NCBI GenBank assembly: GCA_963664705.1 | Contig: OY761556.1 | Span: 128,001-192,000 of the forward strand | Direction of reading: 5' to 3' | Source of the DNA: Acidobacteriota bacterium | Lineage (GTDB): Bacteria; Acidobacteriota; UBA6911 | Length of the DNA: 64,000 bases | Part shown: positions 48,732 through 58,150 of the stretch, piece after piece | Numbering within the stretch: position 1 is the first letter of the stretch | How the letters are laid out: every line of letters starts with the position of its first letter | Made by a program: the position numbers and the translations under genes | Notes under the pieces: model-generated | What the model was told of the DNA's origin: nothing | Seen by the model: only the letters and a program-made list of their open reading frames with translations | The model's database searches: none

Positions 48732-49370
48732 ATGAAGATACGATATTGCATTGGCTTGTTTTTATTGCTGTTGCTGGTTCACTTGTGCTTTGCCGCCTAC
48801 GACGGGCCTCCCGATCTGGATAGGATCGAGAAGCGGATCAATGCTTATGTTCCGGACCGGCAATACCCGGATGACCCGTTTGTCCTCATCTGTGTCCGCG
48901 AGGCGCTTGCCGGAGGGCGGGAGAAGAATGGCGGGATCGGTGCCTGCCTGGTCGAGGAGGCAACGGGAAAAATAGTGGAGGTGGGACATAATCGCCAGTA
49001 TGAGCCCTACTTTCGCAGCGACCTTCATGCGGAAATGGACCTTCTGACCCGCTATGAAGAGAAGATCAAGGCGCGAAGAATCATGGATTCCAGCCTGCCC
49101 ACGGAGGTACAGCGAAAAATAGAGGGGATGGTGCTCTATACTTCTGTGGAGCCTTGTCCCATGTGCATGTCCCGTATTATCAATGCACGGCTCAAAAAAG
49201 CGCTTTATGCCGCTCCGGATCCATCGGGCGGAATGGCGCACAAAATTCAGGACCTGCCAACCTTCTGGCGGGAATTGGCTTCAGGGCGTGTGTATGAACC
49301 GGCCCGCTGTTCGCCGGAGCTGGTCGATATTGCAAAATCCCTTTTTCGTCCCATGGTAAAGACAAAATAA
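48732..49370 (+). CDS. Zn-dependent nucleoside/nucleobase deaminase (CDA family) with signal peptide
   Basis: HAE and EPCPMC motifs; N-terminal hydrophobic signal. Confidence 0.85.
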   Translation: MKIRYCIGLFLLLLLVHLCFAAYDGPPDLDRIEKRINAYVPDRQYPDDPFVLICVREALAGGREKNGGIGACLVEEATGKIVEVGHNRQYEPYFRSDLHAEMDLLTRYEEKIKARRIMDSSLPTEVQRKIEGMVLYTSVEPCPMCMSRIINARLKKALYAAPDPSGGMAHKIQDLPTFWRELASGRVYEPARCSPELVDIAKSLFRPMVKTK

Positions 49371-49374
49371 AAAT

Positions 49375-49447
49375 GGGGACGTTCCTTCGTCCACCTATTG
49401 GCGCAATGTCACTGCGGACAAGGAAGGTGGACAGGCGGGACGTCCCC
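49375..49447. terminator. Hairpin between convergent genes
   Basis: ggggacgt...gtccacct / aggtggac...acgtcccc. Confidence 0.5.
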
Positions 49448-49452
49448 AGCGT

Positions 49453-49740
49453 TTATCCGCCGGAGGCTGGCGGTATTATCTGGACTTCATCTCCATCTTT
49501 GAGTGGCGTCTTCATCCCCTCGAGGAATTGAATCATCCGGCCATTGACCATGATCCGGACATAAGCCACGACGGCTCCCGTGTCAGGATCAAAGAAATGG
49601 GAAGTAAGTTCTTTTCCCCACCTCTCTTTCAAGTAGGAAATGAAGTTTTCCATGGTTGAGTCCTGAGGGAGTTCGATCTCCGTCAGTCTTTGACCAATGG
49701 CGTTCTTGATGCCCAAGATAGTATGAAGCGTGATCTTCAT
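49453..49740 (-). CDS. MoaD/ThiS ubiquitin-like sulfur carrier
   Basis: IMVNGR, LKDGDEV, C-terminal PPASGG; directly after the AOR gene. Confidence 0.9.
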   Translation of the reverse strand: MKITLHTILGIKNAIGQRLTEIELPQDSTMENFISYLKERWGKELTSHFFDPDTGAVVAYVRIMVNGRMIQFLEGMKTPLKDGDEVQIIPPASGG

Positions 49741-49751
49741 GGAGTTTGAGC

Positions 49752-51623
49752 CTACAGCTTCAATTCGTCAGCAACGTATTCCAATCGCAATTCAACGAGC
49801 TTAGCCCGCGTGGGTATGCCTGTTTTAACATCCCATCCCCGCTCGGCGTAATACTCGTCAAGCATCCTGTCCAGGTCCTCCCGACTGATCAGTTGTCCCT
49901 TGGATGCTCCCGCCTTTAGAGGTTCGGTCATAAGCCGTTCCGGTAAAGTGTCATCGGCGCGCGTAAACCCTTCGCGCAGATTGAAAGCTTTGGCCAGATT
50001 GGTCAGTCTTTCACCGACCTTCATTACCTCTTCAGTTGTAAAGGGCAATCCGGTTATCGCCTCCATGAGATCCGCCGTGTTCTGACAGGCTATGGTTGGA
50101 ACCGCCATATCCAGAAGGAATTTGCACATGGGAGCGCAGTCGCACGTGACCGCCTGGATATCCTGGTTCCACATTGTCAGCTTGCCTTTGCCTTCTATGG
50201 CAAGGCGATCTACCTGATAGGGGAAGGGGACGCCGAAGATCTCCTGGAAGGCGTAGCCTTTGCAGTGATCTGCGCCAGTATAGGCGGTGGCATAGTTCAA
50301 TCCGTGCGCTTTGGCACCACGCACGTCGTAACCGGCAAGTTCAAGTCCTTTGACCTGGATGGCAAACTTCTCAGTCCCCTTACCTATTCTTTTGGACGCG
50401 GCCAGGCTGCCATCCGCGAGCAGATCTCCGATGCCCTCGCGGAAAGCCATTTTGCGCAGAACCGACATCATCGCCTCGTCATTTCCAAAACGAAGATCGA
50501 TGCCATCGGTATCCTTTGTTGTAAGAAATCCTTTCTCAAAGCATTCCATGGCAAAACCAATCGTTACTCCGGCAGAAACGCTATCGAGGCCCAGTTCATC
50601 CGCAAGCCGGTCTGCAGCAATAACGGCATCGATATTGTCGATGCCGTTATTGCTGCCAAAAGAATAGACAGTTTCAAAGTCAGGGCCTTCGGTCAAAGTT
50701 CCGGTGTAAGTTCCGGTCCTCGCTATCTTCATCTGGCTGCAGCCAACGGGGCAGTCATGGCAGTGTTCTTTGCCTATCTTTCGCGATGTTTGCGATTCCA
50801 AGGCAAGTCCCTCGGGAACAAATTCTCCCGTTCCACTCCAGTTCCTTGCCGACATGATTCCCATGGCGCTGGTGACTTCCGCAACCATAGGGGTTCCATG
50901 TACCGCAAATTCGGAATAGAGCACAGGGCTTTCCTTGAAAGCTTTTAGCAAAGCACTGCGGCTCTTGTTGTACTTTTCCTTGGAGGTGATGGAAACGGTT
51001 TGGGTCCCTCGAATGGCGATCGCTTTCAGATTTTTGGATCCCATAACCGCACCGAGGCCTTTTCGCCCTACTGCGCGCCGCTCGTTAATCATGGCCGCAG
51101 TTTTGCACAGACGTTCCCCCGCCGGGCCTATACAGCAGACTCTAACGTTCTGGTCCCGCAACTCATCCTTGATGATTTGCTGACAGTCAAATGTAAGTGT
51201 TCCCCAACTGTGCGAGGCATCGCGAAATCGCACCTTGTTGTCGTTAATTGCAATATAGGTAGGTTTGTCTGCTTTGCCTTCTATGATAATGACATCCCAG
51301 CCGGCATACTTCATTTCCGCTGGAAATTGCCCGCCGGATAGTGCCAGGCCGACTGCGCCAGTGAGCGGCGACTTTGCTGCTACTGACATTCTGCTCGAAC
51401 AGGGGACTCCTGCTCCGGTAAAAGGGCCAACCGCAAAGATGAGCTTATTGTCGGGGCCAAGAGCATCGGTGCCGGCCTTTACCTCGTCGTAGAGATACTT
51501 GATGCCGAAACCAGCGCCGCCTATGAAGTCCCGGGCAATGGCTTCCGGCAAAGATTCTTCCTTTGATGTTTTTTCTGTCAGGTTAATGCGTAAGACCTTT
51601 CCCCCATAGCCACCAGAGTACAT
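49752..51623 (-). CDS. aor: Tungsten-dependent aldehyde:ferredoxin oxidoreductase
   Basis: KSPLTG, IGPAGE, GRKGLGAVMGSKNLKAI, CHDCPVGC, DELGLD, YY..RGWD. Confidence 0.93.
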   Translation of the reverse strand: MYSGGYGGKVLRINLTEKTSKEESLPEAIARDFIGGAGFGIKYLYDEVKAGTDALGPDNKLIFAVGPFTGAGVPCSSRMSVAAKSPLTGAVGLALSGGQFPAEMKYAGWDVIIIEGKADKPTYIAINDNKVRFRDASHSWGTLTFDCQQIIKDELRDQNVRVCCIGPAGERLCKTAAMINERRAVGRKGLGAVMGSKNLKAIAIRGTQTVSITSKEKYNKSRSALLKAFKESPVLYSEFAVHGTPMVAEVTSAMGIMSARNWSGTGEFVPEGLALESQTSRKIGKEHCHDCPVGCSQMKIARTGTYTGTLTEGPDFETVYSFGSNNGIDNIDAVIAADRLADELGLDSVSAGVTIGFAMECFEKGFLTTKDTDGIDLRFGNDEAMMSVLRKMAFREGIGDLLADGSLAASKRIGKGTEKFAIQVKGLELAGYDVRGAKAHGLNYATAYTGADHCKGYAFQEIFGVPFPYQVDRLAIEGKGKLTMWNQDIQAVTCDCAPMCKFLLDMAVPTIACQNTADLMEAITGLPFTTEEVMKVGERLTNLAKAFNLREGFTRADDTLPERLMTEPLKAGASKGQLISREDLDRMLDEYYAERGWDVKTGIPTRAKLVELRLEYVADELKL

Positions 51624-51704
51624 ATAAATCCTCCATTGAGTGGGATTCTCTATGAATATGCCTGTCAGTCAAGGAGGAAATCAAACCAGAGGATAGCCGA
51701 AAAC

Positions 51705-51751
51705 GAAAAACGCCACGGATTCCCTGATTTGCGAAATCCGTGGCGTTTTTC
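51705..51751. terminator. Bidirectional intrinsic terminator
   Basis: gaaaaacgccacggatt / aatccgtggcgtttttc. Confidence 0.8.
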
Positions 51752-51771
51752 TCAGCTTTTACGCGCTTGCT

Positions 51772-53793
51772 TTAGGCGCCGAGGCGATTTTTGCTCGCCA
51801 TGGTATCGGCTACCTTCTTCATCCCAAGACCTTCAAGCGTCTTGCGAGTCGGCCAGCCGGTTTTCTCGTCCCAACCTTCCAGTTTATAGTAGTTGGTCTT
51901 GAAAAATTCTACGCCGTCTCTGTCCAGATAGAGATCGTTCTGATTTTCAAAGCTCCACTTTCCGTCCTGGTATATGGGTTTACCGCCCATGCCCAGATTG
52001 AAGGTAGCGCCCGGCATGAACATGAACGGGGCAAACTTTTCCTTGTCACGGTGTCTTCCCGCCATTACACGGATGGCCCGTTCCATGTTCCAGATCTTTC
52101 TGCCGACCTCGATTGTATCGGCAAAAGATTTCTTGCTGCCGGTGACTGTCTGGAAATAGCGATACTCGATCTCAGGACTGGGGCCGCCAAAGTTGGGCAA
52201 CAACATGTCGCAAATGGACATGGATTCGTTGTAGAACCCGGCGAAGCGCCTTCCCCATGCCAGCATTTTCGCTTTGTGTGCGGAGTAGATGCCGGTCTTC
52301 TTGGCTTCTTCTCCTTTCCAGCAATTGCTGAGCATCAATGGGTCGTCAGAGAACGGAGCCATTTTTGCGGCAATTTTCAGAACCAGTTCTTCGGCCGATG
52401 GCCCGGTTCCTCCTCCGCCAAATCCACCGCCTCCGCCCGAGAGCGCCGTGAAGAAGCCATGCCACATCGGGTCCCCGGACATAAAGATGTAGCTATAAGC
52501 CCAATCCACGCCCGGGAGGGAATGATGCCAGCTTGCTCCGTAAGCGGGGAGTCTCAAGGCGCCGGAGTTCATGTCCTCTTCCAGTCTGCCCCACTTTTTG
52601 GCTGCTTCAAGGATGCCTTCAGCCAGATCGGCGCCAATGCCGATCTTCCTGGCGATGGCATCGCAGAAAGTTTCCCGGAAAGTCAGTTTGTCCCACTGAT
52701 CCATGGGCAGGGGATGAGAGTCAATCTTCTTGCCCGGTCCCAGGACTCCCAGTTCATAGAGGTATTTGATATACCAGCCCATTCCCGGTTCCATGGGAAC
52801 GCTGCCTTTGAACAGCGCCGGCGCGTTGGGCATCTTTGCATTCATCGCGCCGCCGAACTTGGTGCACCAGGTGCAGATTCCCCACTTGATGGCTACGTCG
52901 GCGCCTCCCATTTGGTCACCCATGAACCAATACTGATCGGCGCACATGGATTCGCCGCCATAATAGGAGTTTCTCTTGCGGTCGGGATTGACGCAGGGCA
53001 TACAGCAGGATGCCCCCGCGGTCACCATTCCCCTGCCGTACTTCTGCATATGCTCAATCCGCAGATCCACAATCCCCTTGGGATCCGCGACCTGGACGCT
53101 GCCGGTGCCGATGACGCTGATGGCTTTCAGGTTCTTTGATCCGAAGACTCCCCCAAATCCGCCGGTGCGAGCGCTGACGCCGCTGCCGTGAATCAGGGAT
53201 GCCACTTTCGACATCGATTCGCCTACAGGGCCGATACAGACAATCTGAGGCCTTGCCGTTGTGTAAGAGTCTTCAACTTTGTGCCATTCATCGCCGAATC
53301 GCGTCCTGCCCGCGACTGAGGAGAGAATCTGTCCCTGCGTTTCAAATGTGTTCAGACCCCAAAGCTGCTTGGCATCCTCAAAGGTTACCTTGTCGTTGAT
53401 GATATTGATCCAGACCGGTCTTTCCGCTTTGCCCTGAACCGCGATCCCGTCCCAGCCCGCCTGCTTCAGCGTGGTGCCGAACCGGCCGCCAAGACTGGTT
53501 CGATGAAACAGTGGAGTGGGGAAGGGTTCGGGCGCTATGCCGCTGATGCTGGTTCTTCCGGAACCGGGAGCGCCGGTGGCTCCCAACGGTCCGGTCATCA
53601 GGGAAACAACATTCCTTGGATCAAAGGCGTCCTGCAAATCCCAGTCGCCGGGTACAACCGCCAGATCCCAGAAAATGGCAGCACCCATCCCGACGCCGCC
53701 GGCGTACTCCTCATACTTGGCGGTTTCGATGATGCTGGTGGTTTTGGCTGTCAGATTAACCAGCAATATCTTTCCTGCATATCCGTTTGCCAT
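51772..53793 (-). CDS. AOR-family oxidoreductase (YdhV-like, divergent)
   Basis: GYAGKILLVNL, LKQAGWDG, IGPVGE, GGVFGSKNLKAI, YY.LEGWD..TGWPT. Confidence 0.85.
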   Translation of the reverse strand: MANGYAGKILLVNLTAKTTSIIETAKYEEYAGGVGMGAAIFWDLAVVPGDWDLQDAFDPRNVVSLMTGPLGATGAPGSGRTSISGIAPEPFPTPLFHRTSLGGRFGTTLKQAGWDGIAVQGKAERPVWINIINDKVTFEDAKQLWGLNTFETQGQILSSVAGRTRFGDEWHKVEDSYTTARPQIVCIGPVGESMSKVASLIHGSGVSARTGGFGGVFGSKNLKAISVIGTGSVQVADPKGIVDLRIEHMQKYGRGMVTAGASCCMPCVNPDRKRNSYYGGESMCADQYWFMGDQMGGADVAIKWGICTWCTKFGGAMNAKMPNAPALFKGSVPMEPGMGWYIKYLYELGVLGPGKKIDSHPLPMDQWDKLTFRETFCDAIARKIGIGADLAEGILEAAKKWGRLEEDMNSGALRLPAYGASWHHSLPGVDWAYSYIFMSGDPMWHGFFTALSGGGGGFGGGGTGPSAEELVLKIAAKMAPFSDDPLMLSNCWKGEEAKKTGIYSAHKAKMLAWGRRFAGFYNESMSICDMLLPNFGGPSPEIEYRYFQTVTGSKKSFADTIEVGRKIWNMERAIRVMAGRHRDKEKFAPFMFMPGATFNLGMGGKPIYQDGKWSFENQNDLYLDRDGVEFFKTNYYKLEGWDEKTGWPTRKTLEGLGMKKVADTMASKNRLGA

Positions 53794-53795
53794 TT

Positions 53796-54539
53796 CTATG
53801 CTCCTCCTGTCTTCGCTGCCGGTTTTGGAGCTCCGCCGGGAGGTCCAAACTGCTTCGGGGCGGGAGCAAGATTAATGTCGTAGCCGTTGATATCCTGTTG
53901 CGAGGGAGCTTCAGCAACAAGCTTGAGAGCTTTCGCCACGCATGTCTCCACGCAGGCCTGTTTTCCGCCCGGACCGCCTTTCTGACTCCAGAAGGGCGCA
54001 TCGGTGCATAGATCGCATTTGGTCGATTTTCTCTTTGCGGCGTTCCATACAGTGCGGTGCGGCCTCTGCGGACAAGATTGAATACAGCGCTGGCAGCCGA
54101 CGCATTTCGTCTGGTCGATCCTTCTGACATTGCCGTTGGCTGTGTCCACATGACAGGCTCCGGTGGGGCAGTTCTGGACACACAAGGGAGACACGCACTG
54201 GCGGCAGACAGACAGTACAACGTCATAGGGGTACTTCGTAAAGGATGGCGCGTCGCGAATGATCTGAATGCGCGACAAGGTTGGATTGGCTTCTCCTTCA
54301 TGTGTCATGGAGCAGGCGAACATGCAACTCTGGCAGCCAAGGCACAGCCGGCTGTCGTAAACGATATATCCGGTCGAAGCAGGATAGGAAGCCTTGGCCG
54401 TCGCCTGCGTCAGGGCAGCCGCGGATTCCGGGGCGCACACCGCCAAAGCCCCGGCCGCTATGGCAGCTCCGCCGCCGGCCAGAAAATCACGTCGTAGTAC
54501 TTTTTTTTCTTTGCTTTCGGCTTTTTGGGATTCAGCCAT
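53796..54539 (-). CDS. Tat-exported 4x[4Fe-4S] protein (YdhY-like), probable partner of the AOR-family enzyme
   Basis: LRRDFL Tat motif; four ferredoxin Cys motifs; 2 bp from the AOR-like start. Confidence 0.88.
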   Translation of the reverse strand: MAESQKAESKEKKVLRRDFLAGGGAAIAAGALAVCAPESAAALTQATAKASYPASTGYIVYDSRLCLGCQSCMFACSMTHEGEANPTLSRIQIIRDAPSFTKYPYDVVLSVCRQCVSPLCVQNCPTGACHVDTANGNVRRIDQTKCVGCQRCIQSCPQRPHRTVWNAAKRKSTKCDLCTDAPFWSQKGGPGGKQACVETCVAKALKLVAEAPSQQDINGYDINLAPAPKQFGPPGGAPKPAAKTGGA

Positions 54540-54840
54540 AGAGCAGTCTCCTAACTAATATATGTTATTCGCGAGTTTGGGTGTTTCAGAACCAGTCGCA
54601 GCCTCAAACAGGGGGCCGGTGTATTCGAATTGCCAGACTCTTCTATCAAACCTCTCAACGGAGTTGGTTTATTGTCCCATATTATTACAAAAAGAAGGAA
54701 AAGCGACTAAATACTGATGCCGATCATGCGATTTGGAGTGCGAATACCGGACCGCAACGAGTGTTTTATTGCGGAGGTTGATATATAATTCCGTGCGTTC
54801 CAGAACGATAGGCGGGCCAATTTGCGGGGAATCTCATTAC

Positions 54841-55755
54841 ATGAATAAGGAGATGCTCACAACGGATGATCTAGCGGAATATCTGAGCATTCACAAAAAC
54901 CAGATATATCGCCTGATCAAGGAAAAGCGACTCCCCGCCACGCGGGTAACGGGTAAGTGGCTCTTTCCGAAACGATTGGTCGATGAGTGGGTTATTGCCA
55001 GTGCCAAAGAGAGCGTCCAGGGAGAGCCAAAGAAAGATCCTCCGGAGAACCGGATTGTCATTGCGGGCAGCAATGATATTGCCCTGGAGATGCTGGCCAA
55101 AAAGGTACACGCGCGGTTTCCCCATTTCAATGTTTCGCTTTCCAATGTGGGAAGCCTTGCCGGATTGAATGCGCTGCGACGAGGGACCTGTCATATCGCG
55201 GCCTCTCACCTGCTGGATACAGAGACCGGGGAGTACAACAATTCCCACGTTCGGAAGTACTTCCCCGACCTCAACGTCAGGATCATCAATCTTGCGCACC
55301 GCGAACAGGGACTGCTCATGAAAAAGGGGAACCCGTTGCGCGTTGCCAAACTGGAAGACCTAGCATCTCGGAAGGGCACGTTCATTAATCGGCAGGACGG
55401 ATCTGGAACCAGGGTGCTGCTGGATTTTCTGCTGAAGGAACATCATGTCGATCCGTCGGAAATTCCCGGCTATGACACCGTGGCCTATACGCATCTGGAG
55501 GTGGGGGTAGCGATTCTCCAGGGATCCGCTCAGATCGGAATGGGAATTCGTGCGGTTGCACAGTTGCTTGGCTTAGATTTCATTCCTCTTGCCAACGAGA
55601 GATTCGATCTGATCGTACCAACCCAATGGCACGATGCCGAACCTGTCCGTGCTTTATGCCGGTCCCTTGCACTCGATGATTTCAAAACAACCGTTTCCTG
55701 CATGGGAGGATACGAAACCTACGATACCGGCAGGGTTATGTACGAGAAGGGATGA
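54841..55755 (+). CDS. Excisionase-type HTH plus PBP-like (molybdate/tungstate-binding) transcriptional regulator
   Basis: LTTDDLAEYL...YRLI...LPATRVTGKWLF; GSND, GSLAGL, AASHL, REQGL, NRQDGSGTR. Confidence 0.88.
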   Translation: MNKEMLTTDDLAEYLSIHKNQIYRLIKEKRLPATRVTGKWLFPKRLVDEWVIASAKESVQGEPKKDPPENRIVIAGSNDIALEMLAKKVHARFPHFNVSLSNVGSLAGLNALRRGTCHIAASHLLDTETGEYNNSHVRKYFPDLNVRIINLAHREQGLLMKKGNPLRVAKLEDLASRKGTFINRQDGSGTRVLLDFLLKEHHVDPSEIPGYDTVAYTHLEVGVAILQGSAQIGMGIRAVAQLLGLDFIPLANERFDLIVPTQWHDAEPVRALCRSLALDDFKTTVSCMGGYETYDTGRVMYEKG

Positions 55756-55810
55756 GTGCCGGAGCTCAAATTATTCAAATTATCGGATCTCAGTCTGACG
55801 AAAGGATTGT

Positions 55811-56353
55811 ATGCGCCTACTACTGAAGAGTGTTGTTTTCTGCGTTGTTGCCTGCACAATTGCCCGGACCGTTCCTGCCCAGGAGCCTGCCGCCGTTTTA
55901 TCCGTTCGCGGAGATCTTCAAAAGCCCGTCCAATGGTCCGCAGATGAATTGAAGTCAAAATTCGCTGCACAGGTTAAGGAAATCAAGTTCATGGGAGGAA
56001 TGGATAAGTCGACCCATGTGGGAACCGGAGTCCCGCTGCTGGCACTAATCCAGGGCGTTGCGCTTAAGACGGATTCGGCCGTTAAACACCACGACTTGAA
56101 ATTCCTGGTTGTCGTCGAAGCTCACGATGGGTATCGCGTGATGTTTTCCCTGGCTGAACTAATGCCCCAAGGCGGCAATGCCGAAGCCTGGCTGCTTTGG
56201 AATGTGGATGGGAAACCGCTTTCGGGAAAAGAATTGCCATTCCGGCTCGTAGTTCCGACGGACAAGGCCGGAGACCGGGCAATTTTCGGCGTTACCCAGA
56301 TTCTATTGGCCGATGGCGTCAAGGTTGCGAATCAACTGAAGGCCGGTCAGTAA
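55811..56353 (+). CDS. Exported small sulfite-oxidase/molybdopterin-binding-like protein lacking the Mo-ligating Cys
   Basis: Signal peptide; L.VRG, TGVPL..L, AHDGYR..FSLAEL, DGKPL...PFRLVVP. Confidence 0.7.
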   Translation: MRLLLKSVVFCVVACTIARTVPAQEPAAVLSVRGDLQKPVQWSADELKSKFAAQVKEIKFMGGMDKSTHVGTGVPLLALIQGVALKTDSAVKHHDLKFLVVVEAHDGYRVMFSLAELMPQGGNAEAWLLWNVDGKPLSGKELPFRLVVPTDKAGDRAIFGVTQILLADGVKVANQLKAGQ

Positions 56354-56359
56354 TAACGG

Positions 56360-56395
56360 AGAGCAGGGCGGGAACTACCCGCCCTGCTCTTTCTT
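56360..56395 (+). terminator. Intrinsic terminator
   Basis: agagcagggcggg-aacta-cccgccctgctct followed by ttctt. Confidence 0.8.
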
Positions 56396-56587
56396 CCGGG
56401 CGTCTGCACCCTGTTCCTCAAGCCTCTTTCCCGTTTATTTTAACAGCCAGGTGATTGCGCCTTTTTTGCTCCGTGGGTGACATGCCGCCCCAAGGATGCT
56501 GCGGCGGCATTCTTGGCGTTAATGCCGTAATAATCCAAAAAATAACAAAATATTACTAGAAAGAACAAATTATGCTATAATGCAGCT

Positions 56588-56658
56588 ATTCTCTAAGCCA
56601 TGGAGATGGAGAGGGCCGGGATTAAGCTTAGGCTTTATTTCCCGGCCCTCTATTTTTT
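56588..56658 (+). ncRNA. Candidate sRNA B (sibling of 24141-24219)
   Basis: Perfect extended -10 TGcTATAAT at 56573-56581; TCTCTAAGCCATGGA; 12-bp stem 56610-56621 with 56640-56651; then atttttt; no ORF downstream on this strand. Confidence 0.55.
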
Positions 56659-56751
56659 GGGCTGGGAATCTCCCGCGAGAGCATCATGAAAACGATGTCT
56701 CCATTACAATAAGAGCTTCTTTTAGGCAGGTCTTGGGATAGAGGTGTTTGC

Positions 56752-57015
56752 TTATCCGATGGGCCAGGTGGAAACGAATTCTCCCCCAAGATCCATTTGA
56801 GAAGGATCTACCGTGATATAAGCCCTTGCGGGATCGGTGGGGTGATCATACATCCTTGATTCCAGGCAGCCGCAATGGTGGCGCGCCTCCCTTGTTTGCG
56901 ATGGAGTCAGGGCTATCTGGACGAGGCCGCACTGGATATAGCAGATGTCGTTTTCCGATACGTTCAGTTGTATTTCCGCGGCGGTATGCTCGCAGTGAAT
57001 CTTTACTTTTGCCAA
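56752..57015 (-). CDS. Small hypothetical Cys/His-containing protein
   Basis: GGAGA RBS before TTG; 87 codons; HC, C..QC and HHCGC; no family recognised. Confidence 0.35.
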   Translation of the reverse strand: MAKVKIHCEHTAAEIQLNVSENDICYIQCGLVQIALTPSQTREARHHCGCLESRMYDHPTDPARAYITVDPSQMDLGGEFVSTWPIG

Positions 57016-57233
57016 GCGAATAGTTCTCCCGTAAATCGAGTGCCTCACCGGCCATTAGGCCAGCCTGGCAAAATATAGCACTCATGTTCAAGGATGGAGG
57101 GATGTTTTAGTGTTGCGCCCGCCTTCCGCACCTGGTGCAGAAAATCCGGTAGTTTTCCAAGATCCCTTATCTGATGGCGGCCTTGATCATCATTGCTGCC
57201 AGGTCTGCCGATACTGGTCAATTCCAACCGCGA

Positions 57234-58109
57234 CTAACGGCTATTCATCAGTTTTCTTCCTTCCGGGGAATTGGGGAAGAATAGAGGTTCTCCATATTTG
57301 TCTTTCCCAAAATCACGAATGATGATTTGGGCCGCTTGAGACTGCAGCCAATGGATAAATTCCATGGCCTCCCGATAATGAACCTGCGGAAATTTCCCGG
57401 GATTTACGGGAATAAGTGTGATGAAGTTCAGTAACGCCTCATCTCTTTCGACCAGGATTTGCAGGGTGGTCTTTGACCTCATCGTAACATACGTAGCCCG
57501 ATCCATAATTGTATAGGCCTGATTTGCCTCTGCGTAGGCAAGTGTTGGTGCATTCCCTTTGGCCCCCTGCTCAAAGACCCGATACCATTCGCCCCGCGCT
57601 TCTAAGCCGGCCCTCTGCCAGATCTCCCGCTCCTTTATATGTGTTCCGGATTTGTCTCCGCGTGATACGAACAGGGATCCGGATTCCGCAATTTTGCGCA
57701 GCGCCTGTGCCGCATCCGTCATGGATCGGATTCCTGCCGGATCCTGCGCCGGTCCCAGGATAACGAAGTCGTTATACATCAGGTCGTATCGCCCGGTGCC
57801 AAATCCCTCTGCTATAAATTTGTCCTCCAAAGCTCGCGCATGGACAAGCACCAGATCGTATCGGCCGGTTTCCGCCAGTTTCAGGGCCTCTCCGGTTCCG
57901 GCGCCCTGGTGCTGAACACGGATACCCGTTTGAGCGGAAAAAGACTCTTCCAGCTTTCCGACAATGCCCGCATCGATGGGCCCGATGGTGCTGGCCAGCA
58001 TAAGGGTTGGTTTATCAGAAGGGCCGCGGCTCGGAGTGTCTCCCGATGGATAAAGGCTATTGGTTGCGGATAGCGCTATCATAAGCAGCAAGAAGCCTGG
58101 TGAGAGCAA
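57234..58109 (-). CDS. TupA-like periplasmic oxyanion-binding protein (variant STIGP motif)
   Basis: GTGEAL, LVHA, MYNDFVILGP..DPAGI, SRGDKSGTH, DRATY, FGKDKYGEPLFFP. Confidence 0.85.
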   Translation of the reverse strand: MLSPGFLLLMIALSATNSLYPSGDTPSRGPSDKPTLMLASTIGPIDAGIVGKLEESFSAQTGIRVQHQGAGTGEALKLAETGRYDLVLVHARALEDKFIAEGFGTGRYDLMYNDFVILGPAQDPAGIRSMTDAAQALRKIAESGSLFVSRGDKSGTHIKEREIWQRAGLEARGEWYRVFEQGAKGNAPTLAYAEANQAYTIMDRATYVTMRSKTTLQILVERDEALLNFITLIPVNPGKFPQVHYREAMEFIHWLQSQAAQIIIRDFGKDKYGEPLFFPNSPEGRKLMNSR

Positions 58110-58150
58110 ATCGATCTCCGTTTGCTATTGGCTCGCTCGATTCCCGGCGG

